DNA of 64,000 nt from Zancudomyces culisetae HAW-14-8 (taxonomy: Eukaryota; Fungi; Kickxellomycota), in contig JBNJNM010000015.1 of assembly GCA_052426225.1 (NCBI GenBank), forward strand, positions 496,001 through 560,000, read 5' to 3'. Under the pieces are notes generated by a model that saw only the letters and a list, made by a program, of their open reading frames with translations, searched no databases and had not been told where the DNA came from. The position numbers were made by a program, and so were the translations under genes. Shown one piece after another: positions 12,147 to 24,852 of this stretch. The first letter of the stretch is position 1; each line of letters starts with the position of its first letter.

Positions 12147-12896
12147 CTATTTCTTTGCCGCCTTCTGTTTAGATGGCGATTTTGGTTCTGCCTTTTTCTT
12201 TGCAGGTGATTTCGTTGCTGCTGCTTTCTTTGGTGCTGCTTTGGCTTTGGTTTCAGATTCAGCTTTTGGTGCTGCTGCTGCTGCGGCTTTTTTAACTGGT
12301 GTAGCTGGCTTTTCTTTGGATTTTGGAGATGCGGCGCTAGCAGCGGCAGTCTTAGCTTTCTTTCCTGATGCGGGTGAGCTTAGAGGTGCCTCTGCCTTTC
12401 TCTTGGAGGATCTTTTGGGTGTTGAAGGTTCTGGTGCAGGGCTATCAGCCTTAACTTCTTGCTGTTCCTGTTCCTGGTCTTGCGTTTGTCCTTGCTCTTT
12501 CTCCTGCTCTTCAGCCTTTTCAGCGACAGCTGGCTCGGCAGGTGTCTTATTTGCGGCCCTGGATGCTCTAGATTTCTTTTTAGTAGCAGATTTAGCCGCG
12601 GATTTAGTAGTGGGTTTAGCTGTGGATTTAGCAGCAGCTACTTTCTTGGCCTTGGTCTTGGTCTTTTTTGTGTCTTCAGCCTTCTTTGCAACAGCCTTCT
12701 TTTTGACTACCTTCTTTGGGCTCTTTGGTGTATCCTCCTTTTTCTTTTCTGCAGCCTTTTTCGCAGTCTTTTTGGCTCGTGGTTTGGCCGCTGGTTTCTT
12801 ACTTGTTGCTTCTGGAATTTCTTTTTGCTTTACCTCGGCCTTTTGCCGCATAGACCGCCTAGGTGAAGTAATATTGGCTTTTTCTTCTTTGTTCAT
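12147..12896 (-). CDS. Lys/Ala-rich basic protein resembling the histone H1 C-terminal tail, no globular domain visible (249 aa)
   Basis: Single ORF dominated by K, A, S, T, P with repeated S/T-P-x-K/R motifs (SPRR, TPKSPKK, TPKR, TPVKK, SPAKK, SPSK); GC-rich and codon-structured relative to flanks. Confidence 0.75.
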   Translation of the reverse strand: MNKEEKANITSPRRSMRQKAEVKQKEIPEATSKKPAAKPRAKKTAKKAAEKKKEDTPKSPKKVVKKKAVAKKAEDTKKTKTKAKKVAAAKSTAKPTTKSAAKSATKKKSRASRAANKTPAEPAVAEKAEEQEKEQGQTQDQEQEQQEVKADSPAPEPSTPKRSSKRKAEAPLSSPASGKKAKTAAASAASPKSKEKPATPVKKAAAAAAPKAESETKAKAAPKKAAATKSPAKKKAEPKSPSKQKAAKK

Positions 12897-13394
12897 TGCT
12901 ATTTGATTTCGATAAACATGGTATTATATGTGCTTTTTGTATCGAATTTTACGATGCAAAATTAAAACAAATATAGTTGTTTGCTGTCTAAATAAAACTA
13001 GATAAAATCCATATATCTATCTCGGCTTTCGATCAAGTCTAATAGTGACGCTTATTTGTGAACGCGTCACAGTATCGTATACATAAGAAGAATGTCGTGG
13101 ACACAACTTTTTGTATCTATACTGAAGCTACCATATCGCGTCAATGATACGTTGTTAAAGTCCGACAACGATATTTACCTTTATACTTTGTCTTGGGGTC
13201 CTTATTTCTCGTAATGTATATAATAAGCTTTCTTTTGTTAAGTATATCTACCTTTTCTGATGATAATAGTGTGATAACAAAAACAAGGGTACAAACGCTT
13301 GTTAGTTAATATATGACTTTTATTTATTTATCAAGAGCGAGTTTACTGAAAACGAAAAGATGGCGAATTCTATTTTTTTATTACTCTTCACGTA

Positions 13395-13625
13395 TTTTTT
13401 TTTTCGCTTTTTCGCTTTTTCGCTTTTTCGCTTTTTTATTTTTGCATTTTGTTTTTGTTTTTCGTTTTATTTTCACTTTTGCATTACAAACTCGGTTTTT
13501 ACGAAATTGAATTTTTTCCAATAATTTTTAATTCGTCCGTAGCTAGCTTTTCGTTTTTCGTTTTTCGTTTTTACGTTTTTGCTTTTTGCTTTTCGCTTTT
13601 CGCTTTTTCATTTTGCGTTTTTATT
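13395..13625. repeat. Degenerate T-rich tandem repeats (TTTTTCGC / TTTTTCG / TTTTCGC units) upstream of the H1-like gene
   Basis: Two blocks, ~13395-13440 and ~13548-13622, of T4-5 runs separated by CG/CGC/GC. Confidence 0.7.
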
Positions 13626-15599
13626 TCAATGAATTTTTTTTCCAAAGACGAAATTCTGCAGCAAAAGTTGTTTCATTAAGATTTGCTGCTTTTTTGACAA
13701 AATGAATTATATTAGAATAATAGAACACATGTACATAAAAAAATGTTTATTCAATTACCAAGTTTTGTTTTTTATCTCATAAATTAAAATTTATATGATC
13801 GCAGCATCTCTCTTCTTGTTAATCGGTGTATCAATATGAAATATTGAAATGGTTAGCATTTTTTCGATTACAGCAGACTATAGCAAAGTAAAGTTTACAA
13901 GAACAGATTCCAAAAAGTTGATGTGAAAATGAGGAGGATGAAATGAATAGCGGACAAATTTATCAATACATGAATTTTTATCAAAAGAAATAAGCTCAGA
14001 GAAAACGTACAATTTTTTTTTTAAATTTCGGTCTATTTTGGGTGGTTTCGGGATGCTATACTATCAACTGAGCTCAAAGCTTGAATATATCTGATGTATG
14101 TCATGAAATTGGCGGTACCACCTGGTGATATCCCTTGGATACCTTATTGAATGCACATTTACAAAGACAGAGGCCACAATATTCTTGAACCTCTTTGTTT
14201 TAGCTCTGCTTTTCTTCTTTTTTTTGGAAAACTGTATTGAAAAATGGTAACCTGAAAAAATGGAACAAAATGCAACGTAGGATAACTACGACAAATTTTT
14301 CAACTAGTCTCAGTGATGTATGGTCGTCACAAGATCGGTTATTTATCGCGAGGACTAACTGGCACTACAATTTTTTGTTCTATTTAGTTTAAGCCCTTTT
14401 GCAATAAAAATTTAAACAATTTATCCAAAATTGGAATATTTTTTGTGCACTCCAAATATACTGTTATTATTAACTGTTAAAAACTTATAACACTCAGAAA
14501 CTTGTAGAATATACATCCGAATATTATTTTCGTTTTGTTCCCAAGGTTTTTATTCAATATTTCACGTCAATAGTCAAAATGGACCCACTGCTCCTTATGA
14601 TGCTATTTTTTTTTGTTGATGATATTTGTTAAACCATCCCATTCTTTGAACTGCTTTTATTGTTACCTTTCATTTGCACTTTTTTTTTTCATCATCCCCT
14701 GATTTTTTAAAAGGGGATATCAATATTTTTACAAAAGGTGATGAAAAGAATAATAAAGAAATAATAGTCAAGTGAAAATTAAGGTGGCTGGTACAAACGG
14801 CTTTGTATTTAAATATACGAGAAGGATGCAAGTGTATTGATGGCGTTCACACTCAAATATATAGGCGCCTTCAAACACGAAGCATGACAAGGTTCATACT
14901 CTAAATAATCTTGTATCTTAGAAGAACATGTGTAGAAGGGAAGGTGAGCTTTAGCATTTATCAGATTTTCTGATAACATTCGATTCAGCGTGATGCAAGC
15001 ATGAATAGCAGTTCTGTTTTTTGGTTATCCCAAGCTATCAAATTGCAGAAGAAATATAATAATAATAGCAACAATGGCAATAGCGCTCTAGTGTTTCAAA
15101 ATGTGATTATATCAGTCAAATGATGAACTCTTTCAAATTACGCAAAAAAGCATGAGGAACAAAAAAGGTAAAAGTATAATATCCATTCTATTCTCTTTCT
15201 TTCCCACTTAAAACCAAGACGTGGTTTAATGACTTTTATGTAGAATTAGTCGCATACTAAAACTAAAAAACAACACTGCAAAAATAAAAAATGATAAAAA
15301 AAAGAGAAAGAGGGAAAGAGGGAAAAAGGATTTTAAACTCGAATTTGAATAACTGGAAACACGTGTCAATATCAATTAATATCGCGAAAATGATTTCACT
15401 ATTTGTACCAGCTATGGGAATTCTGGACCAAAATCGGATTTGCGTGGGTATCCAAATAAACCTATACCTGTTTGTTTTTATTGAAAATTGAGTCTATCTC
15501 CTTTGCAGTTTCTCGTTTCATCTTCCCCTCATTTGAATACTTAGTATGTAGATACTCAGAGCACATTTGCTAGTATTATTGCTCTGTTCTTGCTCAATT

Positions 15600-15619
15600 G
15601 GGGAGGGGAGGGGAAGGGG
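15600..15619 (+). other. Putative G-quadruplex motif GGGG-A-GGGG-A-GGGG-AA-GGGG
   Basis: Four G4 runs with 1-2 nt loops in an otherwise AT-rich intergenic region. Confidence 0.5.
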
Positions 15620-16416
15620 AATCTTTGTTTCTCACACGGCTATTAGTTCAAAGGAAAGGTCCAACCAATCAGAAGTGTTATTTCAGCCCTGAAAATACCT
15701 CTGAGCTCGTTACCTTGACATCTTGATAGGGGAAGGCAAAAAAATAAAAATGGGCCAATAATGAAAATATATCACACCCAAGGTTCGATGATGCTAAAAT
15801 GGTAACAAACTATTTAACAGTTCATTTTCTCCACACTATACGCATACATGTATGTGTTTTATGTGGTGACTAGCTTAGGTTGCAGAGTAATTTCTTTTAT
15901 CTAACAATTTATTGCTTTCCGTGTGTGAATACCATTATTTTGTTGAAATACAAAGGCGACTAGAGATCAAGAATTTCAAAACACTATTTACAAGCGTGTG
16001 TCAAATAAAAGTGGTAAAGCCTGAAAGTGTAGAGTATTCAGAAGATCACGTATAACTACATAATATACATACATATCCGAAGAACTCTGTGTATCTATAC
16101 ACTTCAAAAAAAATCGAACTGTTGATTAAAAGAAATACGGGTGACAAATGAAGATCACAGGGTTCATTTTCAGTAAATAAGATGTGCACAACATAGGTAT
16201 GACGTCCAATAGCCAGATACACGGAGTGCTGTTAATAAATTGTTGCCTTTATACAAAAAGTGGAATTGAATAAATGACAGGTGTGCAAAAAAGGCAAAGT
16301 AAGACGTATCCAGCTCGCATGCGAATAAATTCAAAAAAATTTTGGGGATGTGTATGCTTAAATTGATGGAGAAAGGGGATGTATATCAGTTTAGGAAAAA
16401 TAAAAGAATCCAAGAT

Positions 16417-18135
16417 CTATAGTTTATTGTGTTTGTATAAAGACCTATTTGAATACCAGAGTTTAATAGGTAGGGAAAATGAACTGAGTAGTAGCTTTTT
16501 GTTACGGATATTAAAGTTGTGCTTTTCTAATTGTTCCAACCAGGATAATAGTGGTACCTATTTTCGTAATTAAAAAGATATATATATGTAAACATGTAAT
16601 CCTGACACTACCCAGCGCATTCAACTATAATGACCAAAGTAGAATACGTAGCTATACTAATAATCACAAAAAAAAATTTTTTTTTACCATAGACAGATAT
16701 GCAGGGTAGGATTGTTTGGGGCTATGTGGTAAGTATACTTCTTTGACACCACAAAGTCTCGTAAAAGCAGTTGAAGCAAGCTCGTATATTAAATCGTCAT
16801 CACGCTTGATATCATTGCCACTTTTGCCACTTTTACTGTCTTTGATATTGCCAGCACCTAGATTGTCATTATTGGATGTTAGGAATTCCAACATCGCAAT
16901 ATTGCTATTATCATTCACACCGGCGTCTCCTCTAGACCCATGAGCACTGGCTACATTCTTTCCTGCCTCAAATTTACAAATCTCCCGTAGTAGAAGTATT
17001 ATATTGTAGGCCTTGGATATCAGCCTTGCTGCGTTATCGCAGTGGTAGTTTCGAACGCCTAAAAGTTCAAAGTATATATGGAACAGCCCGGCATACATGT
17101 TTTCACTTATAGATTCAAATTCTTTTACAGATAGCTTTTTTTCGTGCGTCAGAGGCGGGTTGTTAAATTGGTCAAGCTATTTTGGTTTTTGATGTACAAT
17201 AAGCATGGTATATAGACATATTGCCGGATTTACAAGAACTATCAGATAACCACACAGCTTGATACGAGATCAATTCGAGATACAAACGAAAGAGCACCAT
17301 ACCTTTGTTTTTATAGGACGGGTTAGCCAGGTTCTAGTAATTTTATACTCATGCACTGCAGAGTATATCCCACGAGTCAGCGGAGTCTGTGGAAAGGATT
17401 CGTCTTTCTAAATTAATACAAGTCAAGTCAGTATAAATTTGTTTGTTTACTGTTCGATAACCAACACCCACACGTATGGCTATATAAACAGTAGAGAACA
17501 AATAAAATATTAAAAGCAACCAAATAAGATATTATATGTCTTGCCTTGTAAATTTGATTAACGGTATTCTTCCACCAATTTAGTTTGAGTAAGGCGGCAG
17601 AAGAGTGTTGATCAGCGCCCCCACTGTAAAAAGTTGAAGAGTGTGAGGAATACGGACTGCTCAATGTACTAGAAGTAGATCCAGCAATCTCTTGATAGAA
17701 CGATATAAAGAACCACAGCGCTTCACGACTTTTCTGGTTGGTGAACAAGGAGGTCAGGTATAGCTCGTTATTCGAATTCCTAAAGATTTAGCATATTCGC
17801 ACATATATTTATGTACATATCGAAGATTTTACTTGACTAATATATGTTAACTCGGCAGTTGTTTCCCAACAAAGATATACCAAGTAATTTATACATGCAT
17901 TTCTCTTTTTGTTAAAACAGAAAAAGAAAAGAAAAGAAAAGAAAAGAAAAGAGACGGTGATTCAATGGTAATTCTAGGCTATAAATGCAAATACCCACCT
18001 TACTAGCTCCTTGACATAATCAATATCCTTGGTTCCAACGGCTGTAGAAAAGTTTTTATAGGCTTTTAAAGCGATGTTGTTTTTGGGAACTGTGATTGCC
18101 CTTTTGAAATTCGCACGAAAACACTTCAATGACAT
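16417..18135 (-). CDS. NDUFAF6: NADH dehydrogenase (complex I) assembly factor 6, squalene/phytoene synthase-like; exons 18135-17999, 17779-17545, 17407-17303, 17176-16688, 16557-16417 (~368 aa)
   Basis: Basic mitochondrial presequence MSLKCFRANFKRAI..., DYVKELVR-NSNNELYLTSLF, LLKLNWWKNTVNQIY, WLTRPI, HCDNAARLISKAYNIILLLR, WLEQLEKHNFNI. Junctions are phase-compatible; intron 2 uses a GC donor. Confidence 0.8.
17922..17951. repeat. (AAAAG)n microsatellite inside NDUFAF6 intron 1
   Basis: Six consecutive AAAAG units. Confidence 0.85.
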
Positions 18136-18600
18136 TTTTGTTCGGTTGTGTTGTAGTAAACAGTTTATATTAAGATTGTATATGTGGGTAAAAGTATAAA
18201 AATTAGTTATAGAAAAAATAGAAAAAATGGTTATAATAAACGGTGAGATTAAACCAGCAGAAAGGAAGAAAGGGCCTATGAAAAAAAAAAGATTAAAAAA
18301 ATTATGGGCAAGGCCATAGGGAAAAGGTAGCATTGGGATGATTTCAAAACACTGATGATTTCTCTTTGATTTTCTTGGTTGTTTTTTCTTTTTCTTTTTC
18401 GTTTTCAGATGGCAGGGTGGCAGGAGGAGGGGGGCGGGGTAAAATGGAGACTTCCAGATCATGAGTTTCATTCAAAGAGAAGGGGCAGGTGGAGAATCGG
18501 GGGTGAAAAAAGCAACCAAAATAGGTGACATTGAAATATAGGAGGCGAAGTAGATAGAAAAAGTGACAAAGTTGAAAGGAGTAGGATTAGTGAAAAAAAA

Positions 18601-20191
18601 TCACCGGGGATTACCACCGTAAGGGTTGAAGGCATTAGGACCACCAGATAAATCATCTCGCACTTGGAATCTAGCTTGTTGAGAGTATGGAGAGGTATTC
18701 ATGGGCTGCTGTTGTTGAGATATATTTGGTTGGTTGTTTCTAAATAGTCTATCAGGGGCAGGAGCAACGTTCCGAGTGTAGCTAGATGGAATGTAGTTTT
18801 GTTGGGGCGGAGGTTGGTTGGAAAATTTACCACGTGATATAGCAGGCTGGCGGTCGGCAGGCATTTCAGGCACAGGATCTGTAGGCTTAGGGCCAGAAAC
18901 GCGAGAGGTGAACAGGTTGCGCTGGAATTGCTGCTGGATAAATTGTTGCTGTTGCTGCTGCTGTTGCTGAACCTGTTGTTGAACCTGCTGCTGCTGTTGC
19001 TGTTGAACCTGTTGTTGCTGTACTGCAATAACCTAATGAATATAACAATCGGTAAAATGTTAGCAAGTAAATAAAAAAAATAGAAAAAAATAGAAAAAAA
19101 ACACAAGAACTTACATTTGATGGTGAGGGCGTATTATGTTGAGAGTAGTTTATTGCATGGGCACCAGAAGTGGTTGGCTGGTTTTGGTTTTCTTCTTCCT
19201 GAGCCTGTGACGTAGTAGATGATTCCTTCTCTCGTTTAAAAACGGTCCAGTCGAAAACATAGTCATACTTCAAATCTGAACGAACAAAAAGATCTCTGAA
19301 TATGCGTTTCAGATAGGTATAGTCAGGCCGATCATCAAAACGTAGGCTTCGTGAGTAGTTGAGATAGACTGAAAACTCAGATGGAAAACCTCGGCATAGT
19401 ATTTCGGTTGAGGTGCTCATCTTTTTTTCCATAATACGATCATATTTCTGCCGTTTTGACGCTGCACGCAGTCCTTGCCACGGCAGACTTCCCCGCAAAA
19501 AGTACATAAGCACATATCCTAAACTCTCAAGATCATCTCTTCGCGATTGTTCAATTCCCAAATGTGTGTTGATGCTTGCATACCGCGCTGTACCCGTCAA
19601 GTTTTTATTTTCGCGGTATGGGATATGCATGTTTGTTCTTGGTTCTCGGAACCGCTTTGCAAGCCCAAAATCTATCACATGAACCAAATTTGTACGCCGC
19701 CCAATTCCCATCAAGAAATTGTCCGGCTTGATATCTCTATGAATAAAGCTTTTGCTGTGGATAAACTCAATTCGAGTTAGTAGTTGGTCTGCAAGCAAAA
19801 GTACTGTCTTCAGTGAAAATTTCCTGTTGCAGAAATTAAATAAATCTTCCAGCGAAGGTCCAAGGAGATCTAATACCATTGTATTGTATTCGTTTTCTGT
19901 CCCGAAATGTCGTACAAACGGAATTCCCACTCCACCTGCCAGTGCTCTATATACTCGCGCCTCATATTCTAGTTGTGGATGACGTGATTTTATTGATTCC
20001 ATCTTGACCGCTACCTCTTCATTTGTCACCACATTTACCGCTATTATTTCAAATATATATATTTTTTGCTCTGTTAATATTCGTGTCTTTTTTTTTGAAC
20101 ATTATTTTTACTTACCTAGAAAGATGTCTCCGAACGAGCCCGAGCCAATCTTACGACCCAATCTATATTTATTCCCTATTCTGAGCTCCAT
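18601..20191 (-). CDS. HRR25: Casein kinase 1 (HRR25/Hhp1, CK1 delta/epsilon type) with polyQ C-terminal tail; exons 20191-20116, 20040-19115, 19032-18601 (~477 aa)
   Basis: [89 protein letters not shown]; two GT-AG introns restore the frame into the Q-rich last exon. Confidence 0.96.
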
Positions 20192-23100
20192 CTATCTTTC
20201 CCAGCCTTTGATTTTGGTCTTCCTTAGGTTGATGTTTTGTCAAATTGTAATATAACTACCCTTTCGAATTCAATCTATTAATTTCTACTGTACAAATGGC
20301 CACTCTCCCTTTTTTTTGCTTTTTGTGTATTATTGAATTATCTAATCTATTAAATTTCTTCTGTTTCAATCTTTACGTCGGTTCTTGCTTTTATACTGCT
20401 CTTTTACCTTTAAGTTAATCTAGAATGAATATCTTACTAATATCTTCCTTCTTTTCGTCTCTTTGCTGATTAATGCTAGTGATTAATTAATCTATACTTA
20501 CAGAAGATTGTAAAAAAAAATACAAGGATCTTTTTTTGTTTCTTTTTTACATTCCACTATTTGTCTTTAGATTCCTTCAAATTCTAGATTGTCTTTGACA
20601 TCAACAACTTTAATCGTTCAAAAGAGACTCTTTAAAAAAAAAAGAATTCTATACTTAATAGTTGGTACCTTTTTTATATACTCAAAACAAATGTTTAATA
20701 AATGTACATTATCATTGTTTATACTTTGAATTTCCGTTATTTTAATTTTTTTTTCCTGTCATACTTTATTAATTTATTTATTTTTTGTTTTTATTGCCTT
20801 TTCCTCAGCTTCCTAGAAAGTTAAAAAAATATTGCCAGTATTTGGCAAACGTGGTAGAACCTTGAAAGTGTAGTATCCGCAATTAAACACCAACCAGGAA
20901 AATACAATTTAAAGGCAAATTTGTTGTAGTCGCAGGGTTCCATTTAATAATGCAGTTCTACTTTTCCTTTTAAATTTTTTATTTTTTTTTTTGCACCAAA
21001 AAAATTTTTTTCTGCCATTTCAACATCAAAACTATGAACTATAATGAATACTAGTGACATACAGTTCCTCAGCCATATCACATAAGAGCAAAAATGTTAC
21101 CCAGACTTGGTTGTGGACTTTTCGTTCATCAACACACATACAGAACATCCACTGCACAACTGTGTTTTAGTTTTGGGTAAAAAAAAAAGCAAGACTTGAA
21201 GGCCGTAAAATTACATCTTGCAAACATGTGTGTATTAGTAAAAACACTAGAACGCGTACATGCATATACTTGTGCGCACATACGGCTGCAAAATGCCCCA
21301 AGTACAAGCTAAAACACCAATTAATCATAAGAAGACCAACATAGTTGGGAGAACATTACCCATAGTTGTGTGTATGTTTGTATATGCTGTGTACATGCTA
21401 TAATTTACGCAAGTGCGTTTGTGTCTTTTCCTTTTTCCTTTTTTTATTTATTTTTTCTTGTTCTGGGAGTGTGGAAATAAAATTAAAGCCTCAGGAAAGA
21501 AACCAGCCAAAACGAAAAAAAAAACCCACCCCTTTGAAAAATGTTATTGGGCTACGTTTTACTTTTCCTTAGATAACTACAAGTGATTTTTTTATTTTTT
21601 TCCCCCCTCCATCATTGAAAACAATTTATAGAGTCCTAATGATTTTCTATACAATTTCGACCTGAAGATTAGGAAAAGGAACAATGGAAAAATGGAAAAG
21701 GAAATGAGAAAGCAACAATGAGGTCGTTCCTAGCCCTCGGAATACTTGATTTCACTAATGTCTGGATTTACACACAAAAAAATTGGCTGTGTGAAAAATA
21801 AACTATCTCCTGATAATAAAAAAGTGGGTAAATTGCTCAAAAATAATTATCACTGGGTCTGAGTTTGTTCACCACCAAACAAAATATGTATGTGCACTTT
21901 GTCTTTTTTCTTGTATCTACAAAACTCTAAGCAGGAAATAGCAATATCGGAACCGTCGAATAATGCGGAACCGCTACGTTTTTGGGGACCTGCTAGTATA
22001 CCCTAAACATTATTTAGGTACACAGTTTGGTTATTCAACAAAACCATAAAAAAATAACAGTGATGGGTAAACTCATGGACATTTTTGAATTGGTTTCAGA
22101 ATAAGGGAATGAAATAATCAACGCCTGTACTTTAAAATACACAATTGACAAAACGAGTTTTATTCACTGTTTATTATCATTTAGTTGCAATTTTAATAAA
22201 CTTCAACAATAAACCCACCCACACAATGTCCACCCAATCCTTTCATTTTGTTTCATCACCAAAAATATACATATTTGTCGAGTACAAATAGGTGGTGTGA
22301 ATATGTGAACAGTAGGTTTCTGTCGGTGGTAAAGTTTCATAAAAAAAATTTCATCGCGGTTATTTGTTCTTTTCTTCTACTAAATACATCACCCTTTTGG
22401 TTGTCATGGTTTTGATACATTTTTGCATTTATTTGAATAAAAAATAAAGAACAGTATTGAAATATCAAAAAAGAAGTGAAAGGATAGCCCCAAACAGACC
22501 TTCTAGTGTTGCTGTACAACATGCAAATTCACAAACATACATACCACATGTATACAAGTATTAAATCATGCTCACTTATCTCTTGATATTCTAAATTGTT
22601 TTGAAACCATCAGTGAATTGAAGGAGACAAGAGAGAAGTGAGAGTATGTTGGAGAAATCAAAAGGGTATGTGAAAAAAAAAAAGAGATGAATGGGTAAAT
22701 TTCAATGCAGAGCAGGATTGAGCTATTTATTAAATTATGCTCCCATGATTGTTCATTTTTCTTTGAGACCAGTATCCAGAAAAGTATAGAGAAATTTAAA
22801 ACTAAAGTAAGAAAAAAAAAAGAAACCTAAGAATTATCATCAGTTCGCATCTAAAAGAATGAAAACAACCTTAAAATCCGATAGGCTTAGAAAGACAAAG
22901 ACAGAGAGAGAAAGAGAAAGAGAGGAGGTGGTGGGTGGGATTATATTTCTATTTATCTATATTTGCATGTAAACACAAAAAACACAAATTTCTGTAGTTT
23001 GATATGTATCAAAAAAAGAGATAAACCACAAGTGTTTGGTTACAAAGGGCACTTTAGGACATGAATACCCTCGTTCTTCATTTTTTTTCTTTTACACGTG

Positions 23101-24809
23101 ATTAGTTTGGAATATTTGAAGACGAACAAGTTTTGGATGCACATATTCATGTATTAGATATAGGGAGAAAAAGGAAACTAGCCCCTCAATATAAGAAATG
23201 TTGTGCTTTTTGTGGCTGAGATTCTCGAATAGACTTCTATAGCAATATCCATTTATATCACTATAGTTATAAAGTTAGTACAACGGAATACACTCAAGTC
23301 TTTCTTATCTATATAACATCACGCGTTATTGATAATGACATTCCGTAATCACAACAAGTAAAAGTATTTCCTGATAAAAAAAATAGTAAAAAAAAAACCA
23401 TGGGACAAAGGTACTTGGCTGGATACTAGCACAAACTGCAAACGGCTAAATGCGGATTAATAAGAAGATTAGTAATTTACAACTCTATCTTCATCTTAAT
23501 CTTTTTTCTTTCTCTATCTATGAGTTTTTATGTGCTTACAGTAATCGACATTGAGAATATAGTTAAATTATATTCTGGAAAAACTAATAGGCGCTTTTTT
23601 AGATTATTATTATTTTTTTTGATGCTATACGAGTAACAAGTCGATAATCTTTTCCATGTTGTAATAATACATATGTTATGAAAATAAAAATATCTTTAAA
23701 CATAGCAAAAAAATAAAGGCATGATATTATCGTTGTGAGATAATATAGAGCAAAGCAACTTTAAAACCGTATAGTCAATTTAAACATTGCGCGTCTTTAC
23801 CCTTCAGTTGAAGCAAATAAAAATATATATATTAAACACTGCAGTACTCAATATTCTAAAGGTATGTTTGTGTCAGTAAACATGATATTATCTAGTGTTT
23901 TCTTGAACTATAGAATCGGTTATCTGATCGGTTAGCGGATTTGTTTATTGAGCTATCTTCTATTTTATTATTTACGCTGTAAATCATATTTAGTACTCTA
24001 CAGGGACAATAGCGTAGAGTGATAAGTGTTTAAGAAGTATACTATGCGTCGAAGAATGATAGTTCTAGAAACCAGAAACACGTTTGAGCATACATACACT
24101 ATATTATTGTGACAATTACAACTTTTAGTATTTAATGATAGACGGAAGAAGAGGGAGGAAAGGGAAAGTGAAAGGGAAAGGAGGAAAAAGCTTGTAAATA
24201 ATGTATAGCGAAACAAAAAAAAATTTCAAAATTGTCGTTGTAATATTAATCACCAACGAGTTTATGTATGTATACTCTCCAATTTAAATATGATAGTTGG
24301 TATATTTACTGAAACACATCCTTTAGTTAGTGTTTGGTTAAATTAGGTAAAGTTTATGAGCAAATATATTCACCACCCAACCGCTATTACAACCTAAAAA
24401 AATAAATAAAAAAACACAAATACTTTTACAATTTAGACTAGTATAACTCTAAATAGGGCATTAGTATGTGTAGGAAGCTCAATATCGATTTTGATATGGT
24501 AGCATGATACTAATTAAGTTGCAATAGTTTTATATTATGACTTGCGCATATGTATTTGAGAATATTTTGAATTAAACATTATTTCAAATCATAAATGTTA
24601 GTTTTATAGCTAAAAAGATACATGATCAACCCCATTGACAATAAAAACATCATTATAAAATAAAATAAATCAAAAGTTTATTGATTTATCAAGCTAAAAA
24701 CATACACGTTTAATTATATTACAACTAAAAGTTAAACAAAATGTCATATAGAAATGGATGGATTACCCCTTGTCAGAAATTGGTTAGGTAATTTATTAAT
24801 GAGTCATAG

Positions 24810-24810
24810 T

Positions 24811-24851
<41 letters not shown>

Positions 24852-24852
24852 C
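24810..24852. repeat. (TAT)n microsatellite
   Basis: Interrupted run of TAT/ATT triplets. Confidence 0.85.

Noticed and set aside
12082-12906. 274-aa antisense ORF rich in F/A/L
   Set aside because: Mirror of the K/A-biased codons of the minus-strand gene, which rarely produce antisense stops.
13395-13625. Repeat blocks as a CRISPR-like or satellite array
   Set aside because: Units are 7-8 nt low-complexity T runs with no unique spacers, in a eukaryotic context.
14815-14875. GCKCIDGVHTQI, faintly like the Harbinger transposase IDGTH motif
   Set aside because: Isolated short match flanked by stops; no terminal inverted repeats or other DDE blocks.
18136-18471. N-terminal extension of the 17974-18471 ORF as part of NDUFAF6
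   Set aside because: Low-complexity UTR/intergenic translation; the ATG at 18135 starts a typical mitochondrial presequence.
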